NCBI RefSeq assembly: GCF_006345805.1
Contig: NC_043013.1
Location: 17,298,001-17,362,000 of the forward strand
Direction: 5' to 3'
Origin: Octopus sinensis
Lineage: Eukaryota
Length of the DNA stretch: 64,000 nt
The position numbers and the translations under genes are program-made. This document shows, piece after piece, positions 63,300 through 64,000 of this stretch. The notes under the pieces were generated by a model. That model was given only the letters and a program-made list of their open reading frames with translations, ran no database searches and was not told the origin of the DNA. How positions within the stretch are numbered: position 1 is the first letter of the stretch; each line of letters opens with the position of its first letter.

Positions 63300-63800
63300 T
63301 TTCTAAGGCCAATCAAGAAACTCCATCATCCAAGATCTTGAGCACCAAAGGCAAGTACCCCTCTCCAACTTACAGGTCTATATTTAGAATGGTGTCATTC
63401 ATTCTTGCCAGTTTTTACTACTTTCACCCACCTTTCAATAATTCAATGAGGGCTGTACCAAACAGAACTGTCTCTGTCCTTGCATTTTCCACTGTCTTCC
63501 ACCACACAACGTCTCTCACTATAGCCACCAGGCAGAAGAAAACTACTTTCTGTACCCAGTTAAAGGAGGGTGGTAGAGCAATCATCACTATAGACTTGAC
63601 TACTGCTAGATCTGTCCCTCATGTGACAGCAGTTGGTCAATATAACTCCATGAATCAGAAATGCCTAAAACTAAAGTGTCTGCAGAATGGTTTCATTGCT
63701 CTGTGTGCATCTCAGACAAACCTTTCTGATGGCACTTCTATGTCTAGAGTTTGTATCAAACCAACTGCACCCCTTGGTACCATTTCCAAACCAAAGATGT
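63300..63800 (-). pseudogene. Possible very decayed LINE RT fragment
   Basis: Only a K.GK....SKYRPVS motif echo, with many stops. Confidence 0.3.
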
Positions 63801-64000
63801 CTGGAAATTATCCATGGTAGTCCCCAATCCAAAATATCCTTCAGAACAGACGAGCCAGTTTGTTTATATTAATGTCCAGAGTCTCCCTGTGCAACCACTC
63901 ATTGCTTCCCATATTTCAATAGTCTTGATCAGCTTTTTGCAGAACCTCTAATCTTGTCAAGAACCACAGCAGGTTGTTGAGGTAGGAATTAAAGTCTGCT

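Overview
This is AT-rich animal DNA dominated by repeats. The SINE, RTE and Penelope families and the dense (TA)n/(CA)n/(CAT)n microsatellites look like an Octopus-type cephalopod genome; that is my recognition, not a database hit. I cannot confidently identify any host protein-coding gene, and most ORFs in the track are artefacts of microsatellites or repeats. Retroelements supported by the sequence: at least three tRNA-derived SINE families (several copies with exact 12-21 bp target-site duplications), many RTE-clade LINE fragments and RTE 3' UTR tails, two CR1/L2-group LINE 3' ends, a CRE-like fragment with a restriction-like endonuclease, and a decayed Penelope-like RT plus GIY-YIG element. 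DNA transposons: a nearly intact IR/DR Tc1 (DD34E), a decayed maT-type (DD37D) element, and mariner, piggyBac and hAT-type MITEs. The most interesting observations are: (1) minimal hammerhead ribozyme folds in Penelope-type LTR remnants, one essentially intact at 46706-46750 on the minus strand; (2) a ~620 bp fold-back at 60418-61040 whose arms each carry an outward-facing CCAAT and TATA-like pair, a possible palindromic bidirectional promoter; (3) a SINE and a CR1-type LINE sharing a 3' stem-loop with a compensatory base change; (4) a PHD-type zinc finger embedded inside an RTE reverse transcriptase; (5) a SINE that nests into itself at a fixed site; (6) alternating CpG-poor and CpG-retaining domains, with a TE-poor island near 24.7-34.7 kb. 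All gene models offered are low-confidence hypotheses.
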